Positions 1 through 9,721 of a stretch of 64,000 nucleotides of DNA are shown here, piece after piece. The stretch is from an uncultured Acidobacteriota bacterium. GTDB taxonomy: Bacteria; Acidobacteriota; Thermoanaerobaculia; UBA5066. The notes below the pieces were generated by a model, which was given only the letters and a program-made list of their open reading frames with translations, was not told where the DNA came from and did not search any database. The number at the start of each line of letters is the position of its first letter. Position 1 is the stretch's first letter. Location of the stretch: contig CAVZYA010000001.1 of assembly GCA_963779415.1 (NCBI GenBank), positions 1,984,001 through 2,048,000 on the forward strand, read 5' to 3'. The position numbers and the translations under genes were made by a program.

Positions 1-1882
1 CCGCCACGCCGAGGCCCATGAGCGCCTCTCCGGCGATGAAGCCCGACGCGACGAGGACTCCCGCGTTCTCCACCCGCGCCTTCTGTGCCGCGTTGTAGCC
101 GCGCCTCGCCACCGCCCTCTCCACGGCGCCGCGGATCAGGCCGCCGATGAAGATCGCGAACGTGGTCTCGAGAGGAAGGTACATGCCGACCGCGAAGAGC
201 ATCGGGCTCTTCACCCGCACCATGATGAGCGCGAGCCCCATGGCGATCCCGACGACCACGAGAGGCCAGGCCATTTCCCCGCCGACGATTCCCTGCGAGA
301 GGGCCGCCATGAGCCCCGCCTGCGGCGCGGGGAGGTTCTTTCCGCCGAAGCCCCCGACCAGCGGGTTCGCCTTCAGGTCGGAGACGTGCAGGATGTAGAG
401 CGGGAAGAACATCACCGCTCCGGCGACCACGACGCCGATCAGATCCCCGACCTGCATCTTCCACGGCGTGCCGCCGAGGATGTGCCCGACCTTGAGGTCC
501 TGCAGCATCTCGCCCGCGACCGCCGACGAGACGCAGACGACCGCCGCGACGCCGAGCACGGCCGCGACCCCCTGCGCGCCCTTGACCCCGATGATGACCA
601 TCGTGAGGGCCGCGACGATCGTCGTCGCGAGCGTGAGGCCCGAGATCGGGTTGTTCGACGAGCCGATCAGCCCGACGAGGTTCCCCGAGACCGCCGCGAA
701 GAAGAAGCCCGTCACGAGCATGACGAGGGCGGCGAGGAACGCGCCGCCGATGACGCCGGTAAAGTAGAAGTAGAGGCCGATCATCAGGAGGAAAACCAGC
801 GCGATGCCCGAGAGGACCGTCTTGAAGCTCAGGTCGCGTTCGGTCCGCTGCGTCGACTGCGAGGCCGCCGCCGACTTCTGGACGTCCTGCACGCCGCGTT
901 TGATCCCGATCGCGAGGTTCTTCCGCATCCGGAAGAGCGTGTAGCAGGCGCCGACGAGCATCCCGCCGACGGCGATCGGCTTGACGATGTAACGATAGAG
1001 GTCCGAGGTCAGGAGGGCCCACGCCCGCGCCTGGTCGCCGGCGGCGCCCGCGAGGTACGAATCGATGCGCGAGGGCCCCAGGAAGAAGATGAGAAGGGGA
1101 ACGAAGAGGCCCCAGGAGAGCACCCCTCCGGCGAAGTTCAGCGCGCCGAGCTCGGGACCGATGATGTAACCGACGCCGATGTAGGCAGGTGTCGCGGCGG
1201 GCGCCGAAAGCGTCGTCACGCCGCCGGCGGCGATCGTCTTCGCGTCCTTCGTCATGCCAAGGCGGACGAAGCTCTCCTTCCACTTCCCGACCGACATCTG
1301 GAAGTCGTTCGACGAGTGAAAGACCGCGAGCGCGTCGAGGAGCTTGATCAGCGCGCCGATGCCCATCGCCTTGAAGAGCTGCAGGGCCGCGTCGGCGCCG
1401 CGCTGGCCGGCCTTGTGGATCTCGGATGCGGCGACGGACTCGGGGAAGGGCAGCGACGCGTCCTCGACCATCACGCGGCGGAGGATCGTCACGAACAGGA
1501 TTCCGAGGATGCCGCCCACGATCATCAGAGCCGTGGCCGTCACGTACTCCGGGAGCTGGAAGCCCTTGAACTGCCACATGTTCAGGATCACGAACGCCGG
1601 GATCGTGAAGATCGCCCCGGCCGCCACCGACTCGCCGATGGAGCCGACGGTCCGGGCGAAGTTCTCCTCCAGGAGCGACCCCTTCATGACCCTCAGCACG
1701 GCCATGCCGATCACGGCCGCCGGGTAGGTCGCGGCGATCGTCATGCCGGCCTTCAGGCCCAGGTAGGCGTTGGCCGCGCCGAGGATCACGCACATCACGA
1801 GCCCGAGGAAGAGCGCCCGCGCGGTGAACTCCCTCATCGTCGACTCGGCCGGGACGAACGGCTTGAACTCCTTGTCGCTCAT
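1..1882 (-). CDS. OPT-family oligopeptide transporter (3' end outside window)
   Basis: Reverse strand from ATG at 1882 reads MSDKEFKPFVPAESTMREFTARALFLGLVMCVILGAANAYLGLKAGMT...LLEENFARTVGSIGES..., with many hydrophobic segments and the SSNNPISG motif. Confidence 0.9.
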   Translation of the reverse strand, partial: MSDKEFKPFVPAESTMREFTARALFLGLVMCVILGAANAYLGLKAGMTIAATYPAAVIGMAVLRVMKGSLLEENFARTVGSIGESVAAGAIFTIPAFVILNMWQFKGFQLPEYVTATALMIVGGILGILFVTILRRVMVEDASLPFPESVAASEIHKAGQRGADAALQLFKAMGIGALIKLLDALAVFHSSNDFQMSVGKWKESFVRLGMTKDAKTIAAGGVTTLSAPAATPAYIGVGYIIGPELGALNFAGGVLSWGLFVPLLIFFLGPSRIDSYLAGAAGDQARAWALLTSDLYRYIVKPIAVGGMLVGACYTLFRMRKNLAIGIKRGVQDVQKSAAASQSTQRTERDLSFKTVLSGIALVFLLMIGLYFYFTGVIGGAFLAALVMLVTGFFFAAVSGNLVGLIGSSNNPISGLTLATTIVAALTMVIIGVKGAQGVAAVLGVAAVVCVSSAVAGEMLQDLKVGHILGGTPWKMQVGDLIGVVVAGAVMFFPLYILHVSDLKANPLVGGFGGKNLPAPQAGLMAALSQGIVGGEMAWPLVVVGIAMGLALIMVRVKSPMLFAVGMYLPLETTFAIFIGGLIRGAVERAVARRGYNAAQKARVENAGVLVASGFIAGEALMGLGVA

Positions 1883-2010
1883 GTACGGACTCAACCTCCC
1901 GCGGGACGCACGCGCCGGTCGCGGCCGGCGGCCCGCGATTCGTTCGTTCGGATGCGGGCGGGAGTCTGACATTCCTTCCGTCCGGCTGTCTAACGCGCCG
2001 AAGAGGGGTC

Positions 2011-2016
2011 TATACT
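2011..2016 (+). promoter_or_regulatory. Probable sigma70 -10 element (TATACT) for the 2102 gene
   Basis: TATACT in the intergenic region; GGAGG RBS before ATG 2102. Confidence 0.45.
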
Positions 2017-2101
2017 TCCTCGAAGAAAGCCCCGGATCCCAAGGCTCCCGGCATCGCCCGAGGGCGGAGGTTCGGGTGCCGACCCTTCCAGGAGGCTACA
2101 G

Positions 2102-2512
2102 ATGAACCGCACCGTCGTCGTTCTCGCGGACGATCTCTTCTGGAAAACGAAGATCGACCACGCGGCGAAATCCGCGCAGTCGCCCACCGTCTTCATTTCC
2201 GACCCCGCTGCCCTCGTGAAGGAAGCCGGGGCCGGGAAGACGGCCCTCGTCCTCGTCGACCTCGCCCTCAGGCCCGAGCCCTTTTCCGCCATCGCGGCGC
2301 TGAAGAAGAGCGCGAAGACGAAGGGGATTCACGTCGTGGGCTGGTACGAGCACGTCCGGAAGGACCTGGAGAAGAAGGGGACGGAGGCCGGCTGCAACCA
2401 GCTGATGCCGCGCTCCACCTTTTCGCAGAACCTCGCCGACCTGATCATGACCTACGCTCTCCCGGGCGGCGTGCGGGCGGAAGAAGAAGAGAAGGAACTT
2501 CCCGAGGAATGA
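2102..2512 (+). CDS. Atypical single-domain receiver (CheY-like) protein
   Basis: VVVLADD...LVLVDL pattern; the conserved Lys position appears to be Arg (MPRS). Confidence 0.65.
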   Translation: MNRTVVVLADDLFWKTKIDHAAKSAQSPTVFISDPAALVKEAGAGKTALVLVDLALRPEPFSAIAALKKSAKTKGIHVVGWYEHVRKDLEKKGTEAGCNQLMPRSTFSQNLADLIMTYALPGGVRAEEEEKELPEE

Positions 2513-2607
2513 GGGGACCAGGGACCACGGGGGATTTCTTCTAAAGGTAATCGGGCTCCAGGAACGCCGGGGCGCTCGTCGCAGCGCTCCGATTCAAGTG
2601 AGGGCGC

Positions 2608-3717
2608 ATGAGCCGAGCCACCCGCCGACGTTTTCTACTCACGACCGCCGCCGCCTCTGCCGCCGCTCTCGTCTCTTCACCTTTCGAAGAATCCTCGGCC
2701 GGCGCGCAAGCGCCGGCTCCCTCCCAGCCCCCCTCCCCCTCCGCGGATCCCGGCTACGTCCTCGTCACGTCCGCCAACGGCTTCGAGGCCGCGAAGGCCG
2801 CGCGGCAGGCGCTGATCCAGGGGTACGACCCGCTCGACGCTGCCATCGCCGGCGTCAACATCCCCGAGCTGGATCCGAACGACATGACCGTCGGCTACGG
2901 CGGCATCCCGAACGAAGAGGGGGTCGTCCAGCTCGACGCCTGCGTCATGGACGGCCGCACCATGCGCGCCGGAGCCGTCGGGGCGCTGGAGGGGGTCAAG
3001 ACCGCGTCGAAGGTCGCGAAGCTCGTCATGGACCGGACCGACCGCGTCTTCCTCGTCGGCGCGGGGGCGCGGAAGTTCGCCACGGCCCACGGCTTTCCGG
3101 TCGAGGACCTCCTGACCGAGAAGACCCGGAAGATCTGGCTCTACTGGAAGGAGCGCCTCTCGGACAGCGACGACTGGATCGAGTCGGCGAAGGAAGCGGA
3201 AGACCCCGCCATCCAGGAGTTCATCAGAAAGTACGGCAACGCCGATTTCCGCCCGCAGGGGACCATCCACATGTCCGTCCGCTCGGCGAAGGGGGACCTC
3301 GTCGGCGTCACCACCACCTGCGGCCTCTTCTTCAAGATCCCCGGCCGCGTCGGCGACTCCGCCGTCGTCGGCGCCGGCATCTACAGCGAGAACGGCGTCG
3401 GAAGCGCCGGGTCGACAGGGCGCGGCGAGGCCAACCTCGTCACCTGCGGCTCCCACACCGTCGTCGAGTTCCTGCGGCAGGGGAAGAGCCCGGAAGAGGC
3501 CTGCCTCCTCGCCCTGAAGCGGATCGACGAAAAGACCCACCGGGTCCCCCGCCACCGCGACGCGCAGGGCCGTCCCAGGTTCCAGGTCAACTTCTACTGC
3601 GTCGACGCCAAGGGCCGCACCGCCGGCGCCGGCATCTGGAGCGGCGCAAGTACGTCGTCGGCGACAACGAGGGCGTGAGGATGCGTGGAGTCGGCGTGGC
3701 TGTACAAGAGATCCTAA
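2608..3717 (+). CDS. Tat-exported glycosylasparaginase/isoaspartyl peptidase (Asparaginase_2, Ntn hydrolase); C-terminus disturbed by indels
   Basis: TRRRFLL twin-arginine signal; VGYGG, LDACVMDG, GTI nucleophile, PGRVGDS, STGRGE motifs; alternative frames restore ...KYVVGDNEGVRMRESAWLYKRS* ending at TAA 3717. Confidence 0.85.
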
Positions 3718-3750
3718 TCGCCTCAATCGCATCGTGAGGATGGTCTCCCG

Positions 3751-5235
3751 ATGAAAGAGCTCCTCGATCTCGTCTACAAGAAGCGATCCGACTGGAATGA
3801 TGACGTTCGCCTGGCGTTTGATACGGCTCTCAGGGTCCGATTCCCTCGAGTTCAGGACCTGACAAAGAGAAGTAGCGACGAGAAGCGCTTTCAGCTTCGG
3901 CTAAACGCTTCAACCCAGGACGACTCTGTGCCGTACGCGGCACTCATTCCCCCTGGCCAAGAGCTGAGTGGTCCATACGGCGGAATGAGCTTCGTGATTT
4001 TTCCGGCAGATGAGGATGGAGACCCTGCACTGATCAGCATGGTCGTCGGAACAAACGGGCTTGCACCCGACGAGGCCGTCCTCGGCAGGCCCGGGCATGG
4101 AAGAAAGTGCACGGCGATCGCGAGCTGGCTCAACGCATCCAAGAAAGGGACTTTCGCTTGGGCGAAGCGTGACCCCGTTCGTATTGACTTAGAACTCCCG
4201 AGCACTGTGCGGCAAGAGCTGGCCGCGTGGGAGAAGGCATGCAGCCGATACGGGCGGGTCATCTATGCGGTCTTCGCTCCGCCGCGAAAGCGATCGCCGA
4301 AGAGCGACGAAGCGGCTCTTCAGGCACTTGGCGCATTCGTGGATCTGTTCTTCGCCGAACGCGGCATCGACCCGAAGGCCGCCGCCCTTGAAGAGTCACA
4401 GAGTATTCGCCGCGAATACCTGACCCATGTCTTACCTGCTGTAACTGACACGGAGGTTCGGGAACTTCTTGAAACGCGCCGCTTCGTTGTCATCGAAGGC
4501 CCGCCGGGAACCGGCAAGACCGAGATGGCAAGGCGCCTACTAAGAGATGCCTATAGAAGCCACGGGAATGAGATCCAGTTTCACCCCGGCACCACCTATG
4601 AATCGTTCATCGGCGGCCTCTCCCCGCGGGAGGGAGGAGGAATGGGCTTCACCTTCGCGCCGACAGCGGGGCATCTCATTCGAGCAGCCGTCGAGGCGAA
4701 GAAGAACCCAAAGAAGTCATACCTCCTCGTCATTGACGAGATCAACCGTGCGGACTTGGGGAAGATTCTCGGCGAAGCGATCTATCTCTTCGAGCCCAAA
4801 CATCCAGATCGGCGAGTGCGGCTGCCTTATGAGTTCCCGGAGATCGGGAGCGACTTCCTTCTTCCAGAAAACGTTCACGTCCTGGGGACGATGAATAGTG
4901 CTGATCGGAGCATTGCGATTCTGGATGTCGCGATTCGCCGAAGATTCGCATTTGTTCAACTCTGGCCACAACTTGAAGTCGTTCAGAGGCTCTCCGGTGA
5001 ACGACTGCAGAGGGCATTCGAGCAGCTGCAGGGGATCTTCATCGAACACGCCTCGGCGGACGCACTGCCGCTGATGCCCGGCCACGCCTATTTTCTTGGG
5101 ACAGACGATCAGGCGAATTCGCGATTGAGCACCGAAGTGCGTCCGCTCTTGGAGGAGTACCTCGCGCAGGGATATGTCGCCGGCTTCGCGGACGAGATCC
5201 GCGCGTACATCGATCTCATCGCACAGCGATACTGA
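3751..5235 (+). CDS. mcrB: McrB-family AAA+ GTPase of a type IV restriction system
   Basis: GPPGTGKT Walker A, QFHP..TYESFI, VIDEINRA Walker B, MNSADRS (NxxD) McrB signature, IRRRF. Confidence 0.9.
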   Translation: MKELLDLVYKKRSDWNDDVRLAFDTALRVRFPRVQDLTKRSSDEKRFQLRLNASTQDDSVPYAALIPPGQELSGPYGGMSFVIFPADEDGDPALISMVVGTNGLAPDEAVLGRPGHGRKCTAIASWLNASKKGTFAWAKRDPVRIDLELPSTVRQELAAWEKACSRYGRVIYAVFAPPRKRSPKSDEAALQALGAFVDLFFAERGIDPKAAALEESQSIRREYLTHVLPAVTDTEVRELLETRRFVVIEGPPGTGKTEMARRLLRDAYRSHGNEIQFHPGTTYESFIGGLSPREGGGMGFTFAPTAGHLIRAAVEAKKNPKKSYLLVIDEINRADLGKILGEAIYLFEPKHPDRRVRLPYEFPEIGSDFLLPENVHVLGTMNSADRSIAILDVAIRRRFAFVQLWPQLEVVQRLSGERLQRAFEQLQGIFIEHASADALPLMPGHAYFLGTDDQANSRLSTEVRPLLEEYLAQGYVAGFADEIRAYIDLIAQRY

Positions 5236-5237
5236 GA

Positions 5238-6689
5238 ATGGCAAGGAGGGGTCGTCCATTACTGACGAGTCCAGCCGTCCGCTCGGTCGGCGGCGGAGCT
5301 CGGTCCGTCATGGACTCGACCCTCTCTTTCATTCCGGCAGAGGACTGGCTCGGTAGCGAGGGAAGCGACCGCGCCGCATCGGCCGAACGACGCGCAGAGG
5401 CGCTCGTCCAAACGAATATCGGACTCCTGCGTGACTTCGGGGTCTCTGCCTCGGTCGCGCGCCGACGCGGTGAGCCGGGCCTGGCTCTGCAGACTTCGAG
5501 CCGCGTAGGAGCTCTTCCCCTCCTATCTCCAGTCACCGGCCGCCCTGACCTCGGGCTCGTGATCGAGCCGCGCTTCCGATGGGCTTCGGTGGGCGAGATG
5601 CTCGCCGGCATGGGATTCCGGGTTGTCCCCGACCTGCTGCCTCTTCCCGAACTACCACAATCGGAACGTCGGATTCCGCCGTGGGTTCTTTCAAGCATCG
5701 TTCTCGCACGACTTCAGCGGCTCCTGCAGACTCTCACCCGCCGTTTCGAGATCGTGACCGCCGACCGACGTGCGCCTCAAGGGGCAGTCCAGTGGAATAC
5801 CTACCTATCCCGTCGACTTCCACACGGGCTGGCACTCGATGTTCCGTGCCGGCTTCCAGACCTCCGGCATGACGAGGAGCTTCGATCCGCTATGCGGTGG
5901 GTCATAGCCAGTCATCGGGCGTCGCTGCTCGGCCAGAACGCGGCTGGTGTCGTTGTTCGTGAACTCATCGCCCTCTGCGACGAACTGCTCTCGCGACTCG
6001 GGAACGCGATCCCTCGCGTTCCGAGCGCCAGCTTTCGCGGTCGAGTGCGCCGCCAGCCTCTCTCGAGTCGAATCTTCCGAGAGGGAATTCAAGCCATTGA
6101 GTGGACCGCGGACGAACGCGGCCTCGCGGGTCTCTCCGACCTTTCCGGCCTTCCGTGGCGATTGGACATGGAGGTCTTCTTCGAGGCTTGGGTTGAGACG
6201 GTGGCTGAATCTGCCGCCCGTCGGACGGGAGCCACGCTGGAGGTGGGACGACGAGAGCAGACACGAATCCCGATTGACTGGAATCCACCTTCATTAGGCT
6301 CACAGCGCTCTCTGGTTCCAGACGTCGTGCTCAAGCGAGAGGATGTAGTAGTAGTCCTCGATGCGAAGTACAAACGCCACGCGGAGCAGATCGAACATCT
6401 GGGCTGGCATGACGTCGACCCAACCATTCGGGATGAACATCGGAACGACGTCCTACAAGCTCTTGCCTATTCCACACTGTTCGACGCGCCTCGCGTCGTC
6501 GCTTGTCTGGCGTATCCCGCAGCGCCGTCGACATGGGAGGAACTCAGGCGTCGGGACCGTGTTCTCTCCCGTGCTCACGTACGGACGGGAAGTCGGCGAA
6601 TTGAGCTCGCGCTACTGGCGGTGCCGCTTTCTGGCCGAGCAGGGCCTCCCGGAGAGATTCTCGAAGAGCTTGTCCGTAGGGCAGCGTAG
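5238..6689 (+). CDS. mcrC: McrC-family PD-(D/E)xK nuclease subunit
   Basis: Directly follows mcrB; MEVFFE, PDVVL...LDAKYK and DVLQALAY motifs. Confidence 0.85.
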   Translation: MARRGRPLLTSPAVRSVGGGARSVMDSTLSFIPAEDWLGSEGSDRAASAERRAEALVQTNIGLLRDFGVSASVARRRGEPGLALQTSSRVGALPLLSPVTGRPDLGLVIEPRFRWASVGEMLAGMGFRVVPDLLPLPELPQSERRIPPWVLSSIVLARLQRLLQTLTRRFEIVTADRRAPQGAVQWNTYLSRRLPHGLALDVPCRLPDLRHDEELRSAMRWVIASHRASLLGQNAAGVVVRELIALCDELLSRLGNAIPRVPSASFRGRVRRQPLSSRIFREGIQAIEWTADERGLAGLSDLSGLPWRLDMEVFFEAWVETVAESAARRTGATLEVGRREQTRIPIDWNPPSLGSQRSLVPDVVLKREDVVVVLDAKYKRHAEQIEHLGWHDVDPTIRDEHRNDVLQALAYSTLFDAPRVVACLAYPAAPSTWEELRRRDRVLSRAHVRTGSRRIELALLAVPLSGRAGPPGEILEELVRRAA

Positions 6690-6892
6690 CCCGCGTTCGG
6701 CGCAACGCCCGCTCTCTTTACAGAAGACCTACCGCTTCAATTCGCCCATCACTCCCACCGCCGTCGCCACCGGTCGCTCGAGGCCGGGGAAGCGGTCGTG
6801 GATGGGGACGTTGAGGACGCGGAGGCCGATGGAGAGGAGGCGGGCGACGAGAGTGGCTCCGGCCCAAACGGAATTGACCACGTCAACGGAAA

Positions 6893-6915
6893 CCTGTACG
6901 TTGTTCCTGTACAGG
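6893..6915. promoter_or_regulatory. Putative YefM-YoeB autorepression operator
   Basis: CCTGTACG (6893-6900) plus perfect palindrome CCTGTACAGG (6906-6915) overlapping the RBS; TGTACA cores are the known yefM-yoeB operator motif. Confidence 0.6.
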
Positions 6916-6923
6916 AGGCGATT

Positions 6924-7208
6924 GTGCGATCCGAAACGACCTACACACATGCTAGGGCGAACCTGGCCGCCCTTTGCGATGCGGTGGCCTCCAGCCGGGA
7001 GGCCGTCGTCATCCACCGGCGCGGCGCCGAGGACGTGGCTCTTGTCTCGGCGGCGGAGCTGCGGAGCCTGATGGAGACGGCGCACCTTCTCCGTTCGCCC
7101 CGAAACGCCGCGCGCCTGCTGACGGCTCTCGCCCGGGCCCGTGGTCGGAGGCGTCGTCCTTCGTCCGTAGCGAAGCTCCGGAAGGAGCTGGGGCTTGACG
7201 TCGGCTGA
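6924..7208 (+). CDS. yefM: Phd/YefM-family antitoxin
   Basis: GTG at 6924 after AGGAGG; TTYTHARANLA...VVIHRRG...SLMETAHLLRSPRNAARL. Confidence 0.88.
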   Translation: MRSETTYTHARANLAALCDAVASSREAVVIHRRGAEDVALVSAAELRSLMETAHLLRSPRNAARLLTALARARGRRRRPSSVAKLRKELGLDVG

Positions 7209-7479
7209 CGAAAGCTCGCGGCGGCGCGCCGCGGTTTTCCATCCCGAGTTCCGCGAGGATCTCCGGTTCTGGGTCGAGAACGACCGGAAGGTCGCCCTGC
7301 GGGCGCTGTCCCTCGTCGAGGCCATCCTCCGGGATCCCTTTGCGGGAATCGGAAAGTCCGAGCCCCTGAAGCATCTCGCGGCGGGGGCGTGGTCCCGGCG
7401 ACTGACGGAAGAGCACCGGATCGTCTACCTCGTCCAGTACGACCGGATCGACTTCCTGCAGGCGCGCTACCACTACTGA
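7195..7479 (+). CDS. yoeB: Txe/YoeB-family mRNA interferase toxin
   Basis: Overlaps the antitoxin; PFAGIGKSEPLK...WSRRLTEEHRIVY...QARYHY. Confidence 0.92.
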   Translation: MTSADESSRRRAAVFHPEFREDLRFWVENDRKVALRALSLVEAILRDPFAGIGKSEPLKHLAAGAWSRRLTEEHRIVYLVQYDRIDFLQARYHY

Positions 7480-7492
7480 GAGGCCGGCGACC

Positions 7493-7927
7493 TCAGCGAC
7501 GGCGTCGCCGCGGAGGGATCAGCGAGGCGAGTTCGTCGGACCCATCCCAGCTCCCGGCGATGCCCGCGAGCCCGGCTTTTTCGGCCACACTCCGCCGCAC
7601 CGCGGCTCGAGTGCGCTCGACCGCTGCGGCTTTCAGCGGTGGACTCGTCGCACGTTTCGACGGATGGGCTACCGTGAGCCGCCCGCGCCGCGCCATGCGA
7701 ATGGGTCTGTCACGCCAGGAATCCCGCTCCCGGTCCACGAACTTCTGAGGGTCGACACCTCGCCAGATCTCCTTGCCGAGACCGGCCAAGTCCGTCACGG
7801 TGTACTTCTTCCGCTTCCTCGTTTCGACGAGGACTTGCAGCTTCATCAGCAGTCGGCGCTGAGACTTCAGATCCAGCTTCTCGACGTTCTTCAGGACCTG
7901 TGCGAAGCCTGGCTTCGCCGTGGGAAT
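7493..7927 (-). pseudogene. Orphan antitoxin-like remnant(s)
   Basis: The frame is open from about 7927 without an ATG; LAGLGKEIWRGVDPQKFVDRERDSW and GLAGIAGSWDGSDELA resemble tails of small proteins that usually precede PIN toxins; no toxin follows. Confidence 0.4.
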
Positions 7928-7983
7928 GCCTTCGAGTTCCCTTCATTCTCATGATAGCGCCGTGAAAGAACGGTTTCGCCAGG

Positions 7984-8568
7984 CTATTTCTTCCGCAACT
8001 CCATCAGCACCTGCTTCGCCACGGCCTTGAGCGTGTCGAAGACGCCGATGCCGAGCGGGGCGGTCGCCTCGAAGGTCGGCTCCCCCTTGAAGTTGAGGGC
8101 CCGGTAGAGCGTGTCGACCGGCAGGGCCGTCGGCAGGTCCCGCTTGTTGAGCTGGAGAACGTAGGGGATGGTCTGCAGGTCGAAGCCGTGCTCGACGAGG
8201 TTCTTGTCGAGGTTCCCGAGCGACTCGATGTTCGCGTCCATCCGCGCTTCCTGCGAGTCGGCCACGAAGACGACGCCGTCGACCCCCTTGAGGATCAGCT
8301 TGCGGCTCGCGTCGTAGAAGACCTGCCCGGGGACGGTGTAGAGGTGGAAGCGGGTCTTGAAGCCACGTACCGTCCCGAGGTCGAGCGGCAGGAAGTCGAA
8401 GAAGAGCGTCCGGTCCGTCTCCGTCGCGAGCGAGATCAGCTTCCCCTTGGCGGCGGGGTTCGTCCGGTCGTAGATGTACTGCAGGTTCGTCGTCTTCCCG
8501 CAAAGGCCCGGACCGTAGTAGACGATCTTGCAGTTGATCTCGCGGGCGGCGTAATTGATGAAGGTCAT
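7984..8568 (-). CDS. mglA: MglA small Ras-like GTPase
   Basis: [39 protein letters not shown]. Confidence 0.95.
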   Translation of the reverse strand: MTFINYAAREINCKIVYYGPGLCGKTTNLQYIYDRTNPAAKGKLISLATETDRTLFFDFLPLDLGTVRGFKTRFHLYTVPGQVFYDASRKLILKGVDGVVFVADSQEARMDANIESLGNLDKNLVEHGFDLQTIPYVLQLNKRDLPTALPVDTLYRALNFKGEPTFEATAPLGIGVFDTLKAVAKQVLMELRKK

Positions 8569-9063
8569 CTAGTCCTTGAAGAGGTTGTCGATGTCCTCGT
8601 CGGTGATCTCGGCGAAGGGGGAGTCGAACCCCGCCAGGCGCCGGCTCTTTTCCGCATCCACTTTCTGCTGGATCACTTCGAAGATCCGCTCCAGCTCGCC
8701 GTTCGCCTTCCGGACGCGGAGACGGACGAGTCCGAGCGAGGAGCGCTCGTCGAAGATGACGACCAGGATGACCCGCTGTCCCACGACGGAGATGTAGACG
8801 TTGTCGCGCTCCCCCTCGTGGAAGAGGACCGGGAACTCCCGCTCGCCGATCAGGCGGGCGAGCCCGTCCGTGGCGGCGACGTTCCCCGCCGTCAGCGAGG
8901 CGAGGGAGGTCGTGTCGAGCGACTCCATGTCCCCCTGGGCCGCGATCTGCTGCCCGTTCTTGTCGACGATGAAGACGACCTTCGCCTGGGCATCCGCCTT
9001 CAGACGCGAGATCACGTCCTTGATGTGGCGGAACTCCTCGTCGAACAGGATGAAATCCGACAT
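8569..9063 (-). CDS. mglB: MglB roadblock/LC7 protein (GAP for MglA)
   Basis: VDKNGQQIA, SLASLTAGNVAAT, LFHEGERD, SSLGLVRLRV, acidic tail EITDEDIDNLF. Confidence 0.93.
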   Translation of the reverse strand: MSDFILFDEEFRHIKDVISRLKADAQAKVVFIVDKNGQQIAAQGDMESLDTTSLASLTAGNVAATDGLARLIGEREFPVLFHEGERDNVYISVVGQRVILVVIFDERSSLGLVRLRVRKANGELERIFEVIQQKVDAEKSRRLAGFDSPFAEITDEDIDNLFKD

Positions 9064-9118
9064 GGGATGAAAGCACGCCAAGTCTAGCAGGGGGGGCCGC
9101 CGCCGGCCCGGGGAGGCG

Positions 9119-9718
9119 TCACAGCTCGCGCCGGTTCGTCACGGCCCGGGAGAGCGAGACCTCGTCGGCGAACTCGAGGGCCGCCCCGACCGGGAGGCCG
9201 AGGGCGAGGCGGGTCACCTTCACGCCGAGCGGCCGGAGACGCCGGGCGAGATAGAGGGCCGTCGACTCCCCCTCCACGTTCGGGTTCGTGGCGAGGAGGA
9301 CCTCCTCGAGCTTCGGATCGCTTTCGGAGACGCGCCGGAGGAGGTCCTCCACGTGGAGGTCCTCCGGTCCGATGCCGCGGAGCGGCGCGAGCGCCCCGCC
9401 GAGGACGTGGTACCGCCCCCGGAACTCGCGCGTCCGCTCCAGCCCCTCCACGTCGGCCGCCTCCTCGACGACCGCGAGGAGAAGCGGGTCGCGCGACGGA
9501 TCGGTGCAGAGGCCGCAGGGGTCCTCCTCCGTCAACCCGTGGCAGACGGAGCAGGAACGGATCCTCGCACGCGCCTCGGCGAGGGCGGCCGCGAGCGCCG
9601 ACGACTCCTCCTCGGGGACCGCGAGGAGGTGATGGGCGATCCGCCGGGCGCTCTTCGGGCCAATTCCCGGGAGCCGCTCGAGGGCCGCGAGGAGCCGTTC
9701 GAGGGCGGGGAGCCGCAT
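9119..9718 (-). CDS. recR: Recombination mediator RecR
   Basis: LPGIGPKSA HhH motif, C4 zinc finger, YHVLGG, ATNPNVEGE TOPRIM. Confidence 0.95.
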   Translation of the reverse strand: MRLPALERLLAALERLPGIGPKSARRIAHHLLAVPEEESSALAAALAEARARIRSCSVCHGLTEEDPCGLCTDPSRDPLLLAVVEEAADVEGLERTREFRGRYHVLGGALAPLRGIGPEDLHVEDLLRRVSESDPKLEEVLLATNPNVEGESTALYLARRLRPLGVKVTRLALGLPVGAALEFADEVSLSRAVTNRREL

Positions 9719-9721
9719 CCG

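Noticed and set aside
386-1969. Long plus-strand ORF, and similar long Arg/Pro/Gly-rich ORFs such as 9353-12040, most of 12596-17698 and 14760-17570
   Set aside because: Shadow ORFs of real genes in high-GC DNA; no recognisable motifs except where they carry a frameshifted piece of a real gene.
6729-6923. N-terminal extension of the antitoxin (from 6798) or a minus-strand gene tail
   Set aside because: The RBS and operator place the start at 6924; the minus-strand text could not be assigned to any family.
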